From positions 90,954,001 to 91,018,000 of the forward strand of contig OX597816.1 of NCBI GenBank assembly GCA_951406725.2: a DNA stretch of 64,000 nt. The letters run 5' to 3'. A program made the translations under genes and the position numbers. This document shows, piece by piece, positions 1 through 13,220 of this stretch (position 1 is its first letter; the number at the start of each line of letters is the position of its first letter). The notes under the pieces were generated by a model. That model did not search any database. It had not been told where the DNA came from and saw nothing but the letters and a program-made list of their open reading frames with translations. The DNA is from Octopus vulgaris (lineage: Eukaryota).

Positions 1-240
1 GCTATAATCACTTGGGAATTATTACATCTCGAGATAACATATGTTTCTGACAAACGAACGGTTGCAATTTCGATCTAGTTGAGTTTCATTCATCTTCTGC
101 CAGACAAAACTCACCATGCCCTATTAATCAGACAGTTTTATAAATAAATATAAATTCTAAATGTCTTTTTTTAAAAAATAAATTCATAAGCTCAAATTGT
201 ACTTTTCTCGTCGAAATAGCGCCAGATTTACACGACTGGA

Positions 241-285
<45 letters not shown>

Positions 286-420
286 TTCTAATTGCAGAAT
301 AAATAAACAGCTTATGAAAGTATATAAGATTCTGGCTATACCACAGTCGAATGAAATCCAACTGGGTCAGAGCTGCATGTTATCACTTGGTTATAGTTAC
401 CAATTTTAAACCCAGTCTAT

Positions 421-433
421 GATATCTATCTAA

Positions 434-511
<78 letters not shown>

Positions 512-516
512 ATCCA

Positions 517-551
<35 letters not shown>

Positions 552-589
552 GCGTATATATATATTTATATATATGCATATATTTATGA

Positions 590-649
<60 letters not shown>

Positions 650-650
650 T
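421..650. repeat. Compound microsatellite (TATC)n/(TC)n/(TA)n
   Basis: Directly visible; representative of dozens of similar tracts in the window. Confidence 0.95.
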
Positions 651-904
651 CTCATATATTATTAAATAGTTCAAATGCTCTAATGGTGTGTTATATAACT
701 CGTGTCATAAATAAATATTCTCCAGCTGAAGATCCTTTCCACTGAGTTGTTTCAAATTATCTCCCATAGATTATGATCTCTGTGTCTAATACTCACAAAG
801 CTAGCAATCTGGCATTTCTGAGATATTTATTCTCAAAACAGTTCTATGTTTCTAGGCCAACTAATATATAAATCTTGTACACTGGTGATTCTCCCATCAC
901 TATT

Positions 905-1135
905 TTGGCAAGGGCGATGGAGTCTATGTTCGACTGTCGCTTACAATCTGTTATTTTTTTTACTGGTTACAGTCATTGGACTGAGACAGGCTGGGGTACC
1001 ACCTTCAACGCTTTCAGTCGATTATAGAGACATTTCTACTTATTTTACGCTTATTGACATAACACTGCTTTTTACCACCGGTATTCATAAACATATAAAC
1101 ATAAACACTGACAAGGACAAAGCTAGACGCACAAA
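905..1135 (-). mobile_element. SINE family B, degenerate 3' half
   Basis: 'cagtcattggactgagacaggctggggtaccaccttc' and 'ttaccaccggtattcataaacatataaac' resemble the reverse complement of the 3' half of the copy at 33785-34183. Confidence 0.55.
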
Positions 1136-1177
1136 CACACACATATACACGTATATACATACACATACATGTGTGTA

Positions 1178-1220
<43 letters not shown>

Positions 1221-1432
1221 GTATATATATATATATATAACATTTATATTTATATATATATACAAATATATATATGTATAAATATATAACAATATGTGTA
1301 TGTGTGTGTATACACAACGCCCATCTGCATACATATGTGTATATAGATGCATGTGTATATTGTGTATGCGAGAACACGCACACACACACACTCACACACA
1401 TGCTCACACACACATGCTCATACACACACATA

Positions 1433-1612
1433 CACAAGGTGGGACTGAAAAATTCCTGGCTTTAAGGGTATCATAAGAGGCCTGGTTCAAGGCCTAAACT
1501 TCCGAGTTCTTTTACAGGGCTTAGAAAAACTGAAAATCACTGCAATAAAGTGTGCGAATCTGAGAGGGGAATATATTGCATAACATTATAATCAACTGTA
1601 TTTTCAACTGTA
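1433..1612 (+). mobile_element. Mariner-derived MITE fragment
   Basis: TIR-like start 'acaaggtgggactgaaaaattcctggct' followed by a decayed mariner C-terminus (…SEFFYRA…KCANLRGEYIA*). Confidence 0.6.
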
Positions 1613-1677
1613 TAAAGAAATACACTATACACAAACATATCCGTACACATATCCATGATATATATAAATATATATAC

Positions 1678-1768
1678 AGTCTTTTACGTTTCGAGCCTAC
1701 GCTCTTCCGCAGAAAGGAACACAGAAAGAAACAAGGAGAGAAAAAAAATCTGTTTAGTGAAGGAGAGG

Positions 1769-1775
<7 letters not shown>
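1678..1775 (-). mobile_element. Short repeat with degenerate minimal hammerhead motif (Penelope pLTR-like), copy 1
   Basis: Minus strand reads cttt-CTGCGGA-a-GAGC-gtag-GCTC-GAAAC-GTA-aaag (1681-1716); inverted copy at 2599-2780. Confidence 0.55.
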
Positions 1776-1818
<43 letters not shown>

Positions 1819-1849
1819 TGTGGTGGTGGCAGTGGATCTCCGTCGACAA

Positions 1850-2010
1850 CTAAGTGGATTTAGTTGTTTCGCCTGCTGAACAACCTGCTCCTGAATTAGT
1901 ATGTGAATGACTGAACATTCCATAGACTCGTGTATCTTTAACATAATTCTCAAGCCGAACCAACGGGATACAATGCGTGACAAATCTGTGGAGTTTGAAT
2001 TACAGGTACT
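1850..2010 (-). mobile_element. SINE family C body fragment
   Basis: 'gaacaacctgctcctgaattagtatgtgaatgactgaacattccatagactcgtgtatc…tttgaattacaggtac' recalled as the body of an octopus tRNA-SINE; its head lies at 2915-3055. Confidence 0.45.
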
Positions 2011-2059
2011 TTAACCTATGGACTTCTATACAGTTTCCGTCAACCTACATTCATTCACA

Positions 2060-2250
2060 AATTATGGGTCAACGAAAGAGGAGATCCGAAGAGAGAGCAG
2101 CGCTACGGGAGAGAGAAAAATGTTTCGAGAATGTAAACTAAATGCTGTTAACAGATTTCAAGCTATCAACACCCGAGTAATTCCCGAAGTGATGCTCAGC
2201 AACTGGAAACTGAACGATATCAAGAATTTGGAAATCAAAACAAAATAAAA
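2060..2250 (+). pseudogene. R4/Dong-type non-LTR retrotransposon fragment (RT thumb region)
   Basis: ORF 2018-2248 contains CKLNAVNRFQAINTRVIPEV…WKLNDIKNLEIKTK, matching the R4-clade pattern SKLNAxNKIxAINTxAIPV…WxxxELxxLDxKTRK. Confidence 0.7.
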
Positions 2251-2444
2251 CAAAACAAAATTAGGTGCCGATGAGCGGGTAGATAGGCCTATAACTTGGT
2301 ATTTCAGGAAAAAGAAGCCGATAGGACATATTATAAAAAAAAAAGACTTATAATAACTGGTGGCGTGGATTTGATTGACAAAACTAATTCAAGTCTACAT
2401 TTGACTTAACAGCGAAAAAGAGAGAAATGGAAAGAGAAGGGCGA

Positions 2445-2486
<42 letters not shown>

Positions 2487-2547
2487 AGAAAGACGGGCAG
2501 AAAGAGGGTAGACAGAGTGGTAGAAAGAAGGAGATGGAAGGATATAG

Positions 2548-2598
<51 letters not shown>

Positions 2599-2604
<6 letters not shown>

Positions 2605-2780
2605 TTCCCTCTCCTTCACAAAACACATTTTTTCTCTCCTTGTTTCTTTCTGAGTTCCTTTCTGTGGAAGAGCGTAGGCTCGAGACTTAAAAGACTTTTT
2701 CAATTCCCGAGCGTTAAACTAATACATCTGTTTGTTTTCTACACCACCTGTCTTCGTCTTTTGTTTTTTTCGTGAATTCT
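2599..2780 (+). mobile_element. Short repeat with degenerate minimal hammerhead motif, copy 2
   Basis: cttt-CTGTGGA-a-GAGC-gtag-GCTC-GAGAC-TTA-aaag at 2658-2693; about 100 bp are a close reverse complement of 1678-1775. Confidence 0.55.
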
Positions 2781-2787
2781 CTGTTTC

Positions 2788-2903
<116 letters not shown>

Positions 2904-2914
2904 ACACAAGAATT

Positions 2915-3055
2915 CACTTGGTACACGTTTTTAGTTGAGTAAACTGGAGCAGATTGAAATAAATTACCTTGCTCAAGGGCAACTTGCGACCCGAACAATC
3001 GAACACTCGACTTTATGCTTGTGAGCCTAGTACAGCTGATCAAATCTCACCTGCT
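2915..3055 (-). mobile_element. SINE family C head fragment (tRNA-like)
   Basis: Minus strand has B-box-like 'gtgttcgattgttc' then 'cccttgagcaaggtaatttatttcaatctgctccagt', similar to 44911-45050. Confidence 0.5.
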
Positions 3056-3122
3056 TCGAAACCAGCAAGAATTGTGAAGGTTATGTGGTTATAATTTATG
3101 CGTTTGTTCCCGCTATGAGAGA

Positions 3123-3202
<80 letters not shown>

Positions 3203-3211
3203 ACGAAGAAG

Positions 3212-3550
3212 TGCAGGTATAGCTACATGGCTTTCGGATCATTCCCACAGTGACCTACCTTGAATATGACTTCTGCTATAGTTTCGTACTGGCCAATACT
3301 TTGTGAGTGGAACTTGGTTGATGGAAACTGTACAGAAGTCTGTTGTATATGTAGGCGTGTTAGTGTCTGTGTTTATATTGTTTCTGAAGTGACTCTTTAT
3401 GTCCAGTAATTTTGTGGCTTAACAAATAGCAAAGGGTAAAATTAGTACTTTTCTGAATTAAGTTATGTGGTCAATATGATTAGTTAAAACCGTGAAGGCA
3501 GTTCACCGACATGTCTGCGGTCTTGTGTCTGGCTAAAAGCAGTAAACGAA
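3212..3550 (+). mobile_element. SINE family B, degenerate
   Basis: 'ttgtgagtggaacttggttgatggaaactgtacagaagtc' matches the SINE-B core of 33785-34183. Confidence 0.6.
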
Positions 3551-3639
3551 AAATATGAGAATTAAAGAATGCTCTAAAAAGGAGAAAAAAATACGAGGTA
3601 AATCAGCTTCTTCTCGATTGTTCTTGAGCTCCGATCTTT

Positions 3640-4300
3640 CTTTTTTCTCCGAGCTTTCTTTTTCTGTTAACATCCAGAAATTTAGAAACGGATCCATGCT
3701 GCCTTTCCAAACTCGTAACTTTCGTCTATTTTTCTGCAGATTTACTAGAGGGCGGGTTTTATTCCTGCAGCCATATCATACATTTCAACTGGTACTTTGA
3801 TAAATAGTCTGGAAAACTTTTTTTTCCACACTATTCCTGAAGCCGTATTTTTTTCCGAAGAAAAGCAACAGAGCATTCTTCACACCGGCGAGCTGGCAAA
3901 AACGTTAGCACGCCGGGCGAAATGCTTAGCAGTATTTCGTCTGCTGTCACGTTCTAAGTTCAAATTCCGCCGAGATTGACTTTGCCTTTCATCCTTTAGG
4001 GATCGATTAAATAAGTACCAGTTACGAACTGGGGTCGATATAATCGACTTAATCCGGTTGTCTGTCCTTGTTTGTCCCCTCTGTGTTTAGCCCTTGTAGG
4101 TAATACAGAAAGAGCATTCTTCACACCGGCTTCGAGTGATAGCCGAATCGTTCCTACATATACTAACAGCCGTTCATCATAATTCATCAATACTAATTTT
4201 CGAACACTGAACGAGCGTGAACGAAATTGTGTTGTACGTGAGTCATCTTAGAGCTAGTGAACATCGGTTATTACATAGCTGGTGAACGTTTCCAACAGCA
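3640..4300 (-). pseudogene. L1/Tx1-like ORF2 C-terminal remnant, interrupted by a SINE
   Basis: Minus strand TISFTLVQC…YDERLLVYVGTIRLSLEAGVKNAL…SSKSAEK*TKVT aligns by eye with the remnants at 16240-16790 and 23010-23918. Confidence 0.55.
3887..4110 (+). mobile_element. SINE family A (tail-2), with TSD
   Basis: tRNA-like head (ggcgagctggc…gttcaaattcc), core gcctttcatccttt…gggtcgat, tail tgtctgtccttgtttgtcccctctgtgtttagccc; 20-bp direct repeat agagcattcttcacaccggc at 3870-3889 and 4111-4130. Confidence 0.92.
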
Positions 4301-5192
4301 AAATATATTCTTAATTCTCTCTCATACTTGTATTATGGAATCTTCAAAAGTTACTGCATTTATCTAAAGCTCCTTCAGATACAAGCCCTCACGTCTTATA
4401 GCTGTTACCTTATCAGGACACTCCCAAATAAACGTTATCATTTAGATTTTCGTAGGGGTCAAATATGTATGATGAGTAGAACTATCTTCGTTGGTGTGAT
4501 TAGTTAGCTCGTTATCAGTTACATTCACATTTAAATCTGCATGTTTCTTGATTTATCAAGTGATAAGATCATTTACTTCTAATCACTACGCCCTTTACTA
4601 ACAGAACAGATTGATTAATTTATCTCTCCAGCCTGGGACCCGTATGTGTGTGTAGGTTTGTGTGTGCATGTATGTGTGCATTAGATACACCACACACAAG
4701 CGGGAATATTTCGTAAATGTAATGAGAGAACTTATTCGTGTAAGTTTTAGCAAAGGGCTCAACAGAGCAAAAATATTTCAAATAAAATAAAATATATTGT
4801 TGACATGTTAACAATAAAGCCGGTCTCTTGTATAAATACAGATACATTCTAGATATTTTCAGTGGAATCGATACATTTTCTGGTGATGGTATACCAGCAA
4901 ATTCTATATAAACACCAACTTATCACAAACAATAACAGAGAAATGAATCCGAGAGGGAAACTAGCTTTATACACGCTGATTGTGCCATAAAATAATACCA
5001 AATTCTATCGAGACCAACCGAAAAATCATAAACTTCTCATACAGCTTTCTGTATGCCTGTTGATGATATCCTGATATGTTTGTATAATCTCTAGATTATA
5101 CAATCTCTTGAAAAACGTGTCTGTATAATGTACCTTGCTATATTTTTCATGTATCTATGAAGTCATTCTAAATGTATGTATGTGTGATCATA

Positions 5193-5234
<42 letters not shown>

Positions 5235-5239
5235 TAAAA

Positions 5240-6402
5240 CTGCATAACTGAATATAATGCAAAAGTGGGAATAACTTTTTAGTTGATATGATATTCAAAT
5301 TGCACATGTGGCCAGTGTAATTCTTTCCCTATAACATAGACTCCATCGCAAGTGATGTATCTGTGTTGAACTCAGTTCTCGAATCACCTTTGAGAAAATC
5401 TATGTGTGCATTGTTGTACCCCTTCATCACTACCACTTTTACATCGTGTCTGCTATCATGTCGTTGTCCCCCAAATTGTCCTTCATTGGACTGACGAGAT
5501 AATAGGTGAAGGGTCCCAGATCTGGGCCGTACGGTAAATGAAGGAAGCAGTAACTATACAATTTGCTGATTGCCTGATTTATGGCTAAAGATGTATTTGG
5601 TCATGCAGTGTTGAAATGAAAGTGAATTGTTTTCAGATTCTTTTTCAATCTCTCCCTCCTAAGAGCTTTTCAGTATCTCAATGTACCACTCACTGTTCAC
5701 GGTATAGACATGTTCCAAAAAACTAAGGAGAATGATACCTTTATCACCTCCACAAAATAGTCACCATAACATTCTGTGTAGATCACAGGATCTTTTTATT
5801 TTCTGAGGTCTTAGACTGAGATTTTGTTTCTAAGATCTTAAACATACAACACACATCATCCTCTATCACCAGATCGAAAAAAATCTGTCTCTATTGGCTT
5901 CAAACCCTTCTAATAGATCAAAGCAGACTTCCACATTTCCCGCTTTCAAATTGGAAATACCGAAGTACCCCCATTGCACACACTTTCCGATACTCAGAGT
6001 CTTCCGTCATCTTTTGTAAAGCAGTGTAACTGCAGTCTAGTTGTGCAGCACACTCTCGGATTGTAACTTGTCAGACTAGTCACAGGTGATTCCTGTCAGT
6101 GGTTGCAGTTGGTGGATTGCCACGACAGGTTTGTTCTCCATGCTGGTTTTCCTTTCTTTAAAATTTATTATCCATCTCTACACATTATTCAGTGGTGTCA
6201 TCTCCGTAAACAAACTGTAGTCTTCTATGGGTGTCGGATACTTTGCACCGTTCTTCAAGAATTCAAGTATTGCATGTTGTTTCCAGTTGAAACCTATTAT
6301 TTACCTGCAATGAAGAACATATGTACCAACATGCGTAATTTCAACGACCTATGTCACTTAATAAAAAGACATGGCTACTTTTGCATTACTTTTGAACAGT
6401 AT
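5240..6402 (-). mobile_element. Decayed mariner transposon
   Basis: Minus strand gives KQHAILEFL…RWIINFKERKTSMENKP (HTH region) and HFNTA*P…HLPYGPDLGPFTYYL (HDNARPH / YSPDLAPSD-like); residual TIR taatgcaaaagt at 5255-5266 and acttttgcatta at 6377-6388. Confidence 0.75.
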
Positions 6403-6566
6403 CGTGTGTGTATGTATGTATGCATGTGTATGTGTTTGTGTATATATGTGTGTGTGTGTATGTATGTGTATATATGTGTATATGTATATATATATATACA
6501 CATATATATATATTTATATGTATATGTATATGTATAATATATATATATATATTTATATATATATAC

Positions 6567-6598
<32 letters not shown>

Positions 6599-6608
6599 GT
6601 GTGTGTAT

Positions 6609-6643
<35 letters not shown>

Positions 6644-7006
6644 CATACATACATACATATTTTCTTCTTACCACTTTCATCCTCCGCAAAAAATTCCAAA
6701 TTTTATTTAATTTGCTTTGCGGGTAGGATTGTTTGAATGGAGTCGCGTCTTGTCGTTGCTTTCGAGCTGTGGAGTAGATGAAACAGGGACAACTGAAGAA
6801 GGGGAATATTATTTATGCTGTATGTCTCGTTTCTCTGTTTGTTTTTTTTTTTTCGTTGTTCGAAAAAATGTTCGTTTCTATGTTTGTTTTTATGTTTTCG
6901 TTTCTCATTGTGTTCAACGTTTTTTTGATATTCTGTACCCATATACGCATGTATATATATACATATAGATGTAGGTATGTACATATATGTATGTATATAT
7001 TTATAT

Positions 7007-7064
<58 letters not shown>

Positions 7065-7710
7065 TGTGTGTGTATGTATGTATGTATGTATGTATGTATG
7101 TATGTATGTATGTATGTATGTATGTACACCATGCACAAATATAAGAGATTCTAAGAAGACTGGTAGTGGTCTGGTTTGGCAATACATACTGTATTGCTTG
7201 TTTGCAGAGCTATCATTATTGATATGTGAACAGAAATGACTTTGCAGACATTATTTATATTATTTACTCTTGTCTATCTCCACTAGCCTTTCAAATCCCA
7301 GCAACGTTTCGTTTTGTTATCATCGCTTTGGAGTCTGTTGAATGTGTACCGTACCAGTAATATACAGGTTTGACTTAAACGACAATATCTCTCCCATAAA
7401 TATTCTAGCAAACCTTTCCCGATAAACAACAGTATGCATACATTGTAAACACACTTATTATTTAGAAGTATTTATAGTGAAACAATATAAGACGCGACAT
7501 TGTGATTAAGGAGGTTATATATACATACATATTTACTGAAAGACACAGACACAAACACACATACACACATCTCTATATGCATGTGCTGCGCATCAAGTGC
7601 ATTTCTGCCCGTGAATTCTCAGATCTAAACATGCACCTTTCTTCACTTCAGTACAAGCACAAGAACGAGATTGTCTCTACACTTCCCTTCAAGGGTATAA
7701 AGACGTATTA

Positions 7711-8124
7711 GGCGGTGAGCTGGCAGAATCGTTAGCACGCCGGGCGAAATGCTTTGCAGTATTTCGTCCGCCGCTGTGTTCTGAGTTCAAATTCCGCCGA
7801 GGTCGACTTTGCCTTTCATCCTTTCGGGGTCGATAAATTAAGTACCAGTTACGCACTGGGGTCGATGTAATCGACTTAATACCTATGTCTGTCTTTGTTT
7901 GTCCCCTCTATGTTTAGCCCCTTGTGGGTAATAAAGAAATTGGTATTTCGTCTGCCGCTACGTTCTGAGTTCAAATTCCGCCGAGGTCGACTTTGCCTTT
8001 CATCCTTTCGGGGTCGATTAAATAAGTACCAGTTACTCACTGGGGTCGATATAATCGACTTAATCCGTTTGTCTGTCCGTGTTTGTCCTTCTGTATTTAG
8101 CCCCTTGTGGGTAGTAAAGAAATA
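7711..8124 (+). mobile_element. SINE-A dimer (tail-2 + tail-2), with TSD
   Basis: Second unit restarts at ggtatttcgtctg (about 7942); 15-bp TSD ggtataaagacgtat at 7694-7708 and 8125-8139. Confidence 0.92.
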
Positions 8125-8384
8125 GGTATAAAGACGTATGTCAAGTGAATACACTTTAAATGGGAATCTGCACTGATTTGTTGATTCATCTCACAAAATA
8201 CTAAAAGTATTTTTTTTATATATATTTTCAACTCCCGCTACTAAAATGAGTATTTACTGTAATGGTAAATACTCATTATCTTGTATCTCTGCCTCTACAA
8301 TGGTTGATCTTGCGTCTTGATAGATATAACCAATATTTGATAAGTAGAGTGAAATACAGGATCCACAAAGGGACTCTGTACGCT

Positions 8385-8530
8385 ACTGCTCAATCGGCTA
8401 AAATTATGAACCAAATTTTCCTCAAATTACATCATGACCTCTTTAAAAAATGAGGAATATGCTGGATTGTAGATCCACTAAGTTTAAATAAAAGATGATG
8501 TCACGAGTGGAATACCTTTAACTAGAAATT
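8385..8530 (+). repeat. Old dispersed repeat (probable SINE 3' part); related copies near 43490-43665 and 52050-52200
   Basis: Shared degenerate motif ggga(a/g)c(c/t)tcta…gcta(g/a)aaata…aaat(c/t)t among the copies. Confidence 0.35.
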
Positions 8531-9022
8531 TTCATGAGCTCTGCATCAGCACCGAAACCTGGAGTCTTATACCAGTCAGGCTGTCCTTTAATTGCAGCTT
8601 GGCCCTTTTCCCTCACGGGATATGGATTAAGTAGCGTCAACATTTCAACTAACTAATGGAACTATATATAGTTAAAAAATATATGGTATGATAGTAAAGT
8701 CGAAGAGCTTGATTCAGACTCACTGCATGGTGCTTTGAGCAAGTATCTTTCACCAAGGCCGCGGGTTGTTCAATGCACTGTGGATATAATATATGTGTGT
8801 TTGTATATATATATATATATATATAAGGGTGTGTAATAATATGGCACAAGGGAATCTAAAAATCTAGGTTTCGGTGATGTAGCAAGTCTACAGTGGTAAT
8901 GCTAATATGTATTTTAAATAATTCGAGTCGTGGCAATCCCATCTATTATTGACACATAGTGTATCGAAGACTACATTCTCCAGTGCGTGTTTACTATGTG
9001 TTTGTGTTTAGCAGTAAGAAAG

Positions 9023-9218
9023 ATTGGTTTCAAACTTCGAAAGAGTGAAGTAAATCGATTACATCGACTCAAGTGCTCACTGGTACTTATTTTATCGACC
9101 CCGAAAGGATGACAAGCAAAGACAACCTCAGCGGAGTTTGAACTCAGAACATAAGGATGGATGAAATGCCGCTCAGCATTTTGCCTGGATTGCTAACGAT
9201 TCTGCCAGCTCGCCGTCT
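9023..9218 (-). mobile_element. SINE family A
   Basis: Reverse complement of head and core (…ctggtacttattttatcgaccccgaaaggatg…ctgccagctcgcc). Confidence 0.85.
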
Positions 9219-9386
9219 TAGAAGTATGTAATATTGATATGTCAAATAATATGGAAAGCAAAATTACTTATATTGTTTATAGCCTCACTGTTTTTGCAGA
9301 AGTAAACATGGATTACAAGCTGATGAGTCGCGGGTTCAAATTTGCTACATGTATTTCATAGTATTTCCAGCTAGATGAACTAAAGA

Positions 9387-9642
9387 TACATATTTTACTG
9401 TAGTTGCGGCTTGTTAATGTCACATACACGTATCACTTCCGAAACGAAATCGAATCAGCCAGTCTGAAGTATATAGAGTTAGTTTATCCACTATACACCG
9501 GTTTGCAAAGGCGCAGCATCAGCGGAGTAAAATTCTAATTATGCAATAGAAGTAGCTCTATAGTAAAAACTTTACAACAGACTGGCTGATTCGATTTCAT
9601 TTCAGAAGTGACACAAGTACCGCAACTACAGCAAAATACGTA
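9387..9642. mobile_element. Foldback MITE with long imperfect TIRs
   Basis: Left tacatattttactgtagttgcgg…tcacttccgaaacgaaatcgaatcagccagtctg mirrors right cagactggctgattcgatttcatttcagaagtga…ccgcaactacagcaaaatacgta; TA at both ends. Confidence 0.7.
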
Positions 9643-9689
9643 CCCGGCGCTCTCGCGGTAACTTCTGGGACGATTTCGTTTTGCTGAAT

Positions 9690-9990
9690 TATATTGTGTT
9701 TTTTAACCCTACACGTCCTTACAGGTATTTTTTCCGGACGAAAACCGCAGCTTTTTACTATAAAGTTACGTCCTCTTACTTGTATGATTCGGGAACGTCA
9801 GCTCAGACTGTTTCGTTATGTTGCGCGATTTTTCGAGATGGATCCTACGTACCGTGTTCTCTTCTCTGAGGATCCGACTGGGGTGACGACTCTTGTCGGC
9901 TGGCCACATGCTACACGTTCGCGGTGCACGAGAAAATATCTCGGTGAGATGGAGACTGACTACATACTACTCGGAGGCCAAGAGTAGCAA
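9690..9990 (+). pseudogene. RTE-clade LINE 3' coding remnant
   Basis: ORF 9694-9987 LTCMIRERQLRLFRYVARF…DPTYRVLFSEDPTG…GWPHAT resembles the RTE C-terminal IRxRQLRxxGHVAR…GRPxxTW pattern. Confidence 0.7.
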
Positions 9991-10036
9991 GAGCATTTTT
10001 GTTTTTTACTATGCATGCTGAAATTATCACCACATT

Positions 10037-10038
10037 TA

Positions 10039-10099
<61 letters not shown>

Positions 10100-10107
10100 C
10101 GTCATCG

Positions 10108-10145
<38 letters not shown>

Positions 10146-10187
10146 GTCATCGTCATCATCATCATCATCATCATCATCACTATTATT
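10037..10187. repeat. (ATT)n/(ATC)n trinucleotide microsatellite
   Basis: Directly visible. Confidence 0.95.
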
Positions 10188-10375
10188 AAGGCGACGAACT
10201 TGTAGAATCCTTTGCACGTTGCCGAAATTCTAGTTTCACATTCTGGAGAAGTCGCATTTACCTTCCATTTTTTCGAGGTCGATAAAATAAGCGCTAGTTG
10301 GACACTAAGGTCGATGTAATCCAATATTCCTATCCCCGCCACAAATTTTAGGCTTTCTGCCTCTAACAAAGAATT
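10188..10375 (+). mobile_element. SINE family A, degenerate (tail-1)
   Basis: aaggcgacgaacttgtagaatc… gaggtcgataaaataagcgctagttg… ccccgccacaaattttaggc. Confidence 0.65.
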
Positions 10376-10977
10376 ATTAATAGAAAAGCTTTAATTTGTG
10401 TGAAGTGAGTATATTACAAGTTAAATATGGATTTTATAAAGTACTTCTAAAACATGACAGTATTTAAATCAAACATCCTTCTTAATATGTTTCTGTTTAA
10501 GTCTCAATGATATTAACCTTCAAATATATATTTCTTTTTTCGGTCTATATGTCTTACATTATTTCTATAGGATCTGACTTGTCAAAAAAAAAAAAGAAAA
10601 AAAAACCCCCAAAAAAGACGAATGCACAATCCTTTATATTTAAAACTTGCATTAATGCTGGTTTTATCTGTAAGCTTTTGTGTGAACTTAGAATACTTTC
10701 AGTTTCACAGACAATATTAATACCATCCATAACTAATTCTATTACTCTATTTTTCCACGGGGAAAAAAGTATTACTTTTCTTTGTTGTACAAACTCACAA
10801 TCTCTCTCTCTCTCTCTTCCTCTCTCCCTCTCTCTACCACACGTTCTCTCTCGCTCTCTTACTCGCGCTCACTCACTCACTCACTCATTCACTCACTCAC
10901 TCACTCACTCACTCACTCACTTCGCTCGTTCAGTGTCTGCCTCAGTCTCTGTCGCTATCTCTTTCCCTCTCTCTCTC

Positions 10978-11012
<35 letters not shown>

Positions 11013-11280
11013 TGTATGTATGTATGTATGTATGTATGTATAGATAGACAGACAGATAAATAAATACATAGATAAACACAATATGTGTATATACATATAT
11101 ATATATAAATATATATAGATATACACACGTATATATATATATATGTGCATATATATAATGTACATATTTACATTATTCATATATGTATAGAATATGTATA
11201 GAATATATATATACACACATGAGTATATATACATATATATATATACACACACGCATAAGTATTATGTATATGTGTATATT

Positions 11281-11485
11281 CTTTTATTCTTGTTTCATTC
11301 AGTCACTGTGACTGTGGCCACGCTGGAACATCGTCATTTACTCGAAAAAGTCGACCTCTGAACTTATTCTTTGTGAGCCTGTTGCTTATTCTATCGGTCT
11401 CTTTTGCAGAACCGCTAAGTTGCGGGGACGTAAACGCACCAACATCGGTTGTCAAGCGATGGTGGTGGAGGACAAACACAGTCAT

Positions 11486-11576
<91 letters not shown>

Positions 11577-11580
11577 CACA

Positions 11581-11614
<34 letters not shown>

Positions 11615-11735
11615 CAAGACGGGCTTCTTTCAGTTTCCGTCTACAAAATCCCCCACAAGGCTTCGATCATCCCGAGGCTATAGTAGAAGACACTTACCCA
11701 AGGTACAACGCAGTAGGAATGAATGCAGAACCATG
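11281..11735 (-). mobile_element. SINE family B with expanded internal microsatellite
   Basis: Both SINE-B halves flank a (CA)n(TA)n(TACA)n tract at about 11488-11615. Confidence 0.85.
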
Positions 11736-11749
11736 TATATCTTTTTTTA

Positions 11750-11826
<77 letters not shown>

Positions 11827-11842
11827 CTCTCTCTCTCTCTCT

Positions 11843-11889
<47 letters not shown>

Positions 11890-12399
11890 TACATACATAC
11901 ATTTGAAACATATTAACATATATGCATACATGTAACAACGTACGTATATGCGCACATAGCATGTGTTCACATACGCACGCACAAATCGACACACACGCAC
12001 CACAAACACACAGACATGTATACAACCACACACATTGTCTATGCATATATGCACGCATGTACGTGTGTGCGTGGGATGCATCCTCAATTATAATTCGTTC
12101 TATGTCCTTGGGCGACTGAGTGACAGGGTGAAACGCTGAAGTTGTTGATGGATGCTTTAAATATAGCTGAATATTGTAGGCGATGCCTTTTCTGGTTTTG
12201 TTAACGCATTATAAGAATAGGGAAAAAAATGATTATATTCACACACAATCCAAACGTGTATCCAAGAGCGCGTTTTTGTCGTTCACTAGCACTAAAGAGA
12301 GAGACGCTCCTGGGAAAACCTACAGACGCTTTCAGAAATCCGGCTGTACCACTTGTTGGGTTTGACAACCCTTCTTGCTTTTTCAGTGTTTCTTTAACT

Positions 12400-13220
12400 G
12401 AAGAACTAGTCCCAGCCAAAACCACTGGACTTTAACAGAACCCTCCATCCAATAATAGAAGCTGCCGCTGCTGCTGTGCTGCTGTTGGCCAGAATGCATT
12501 TGCGTCACCATGTTTCAGTGACAAGCCCATCGAATCGTCCCGGTTGATACGGGCCTCGTAATTCTCTGCTACTTTTCCAATAGAGTGCTGACTACCTCGA
12601 TTTCTGAACTTTTGATACCTTGGGGTTGACATGGTACGCGATTGCAGAACGACAATCTTGTTTGAGTGGAATGCCACTTAATTTCTAACTCTGTTGCAGT
12701 TGGTCCAGTACCAAAACACAGAGGATAGAGATGAGATAAGCGTCACCGATGAGCCAAATCTGCCATGCAAAATGGTTCCAAAAAAATTGTTGCTAAGTTT
12801 AAACCCCGGTACAGACACTGTGGTATATTGTAATTATGTCATCTCTGTAGACTGGAACAAAACCGAATTCTCATAGGGCCGTCACTATGTTGCGATATCT
12901 AACCTAATTGTAAACTTCAACTTGATCCAAATTGATGAGCGTCTCATCGAAGCCAGATGTATTGTTGACCCACCTACAATGTATTGCACCCGACGTGGAC
13001 AATGGGGATCAAATTTTTGCGCCTTCCACTATTTTGTGTCTGCCAACATTTTGTCTAACACCTTTACTAAGATCTTCAACACTTCATTTGACAAAGTTAT
13101 GAGCCTGAGTTGTTTATCTCTTGTTCGAATTCGTTACTATCTCCCGAGACGAAGACTGGTGACACACTGTTGAATCGGAATAAACTTGGTCTGCCGCAGC
13201 TGCAGTGGAAGCTGCCATGT
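12400..13220 (-). pseudogene. Possible highly decayed non-LTR ORF1-like remnant
   Basis: Minus strand IVTAL*EFGFVPVYRDDIITIYHSVCTGV… loosely resembles the ORF1 LxxFGxV…VxTGxR motif; many stop codons. Confidence 0.25.
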
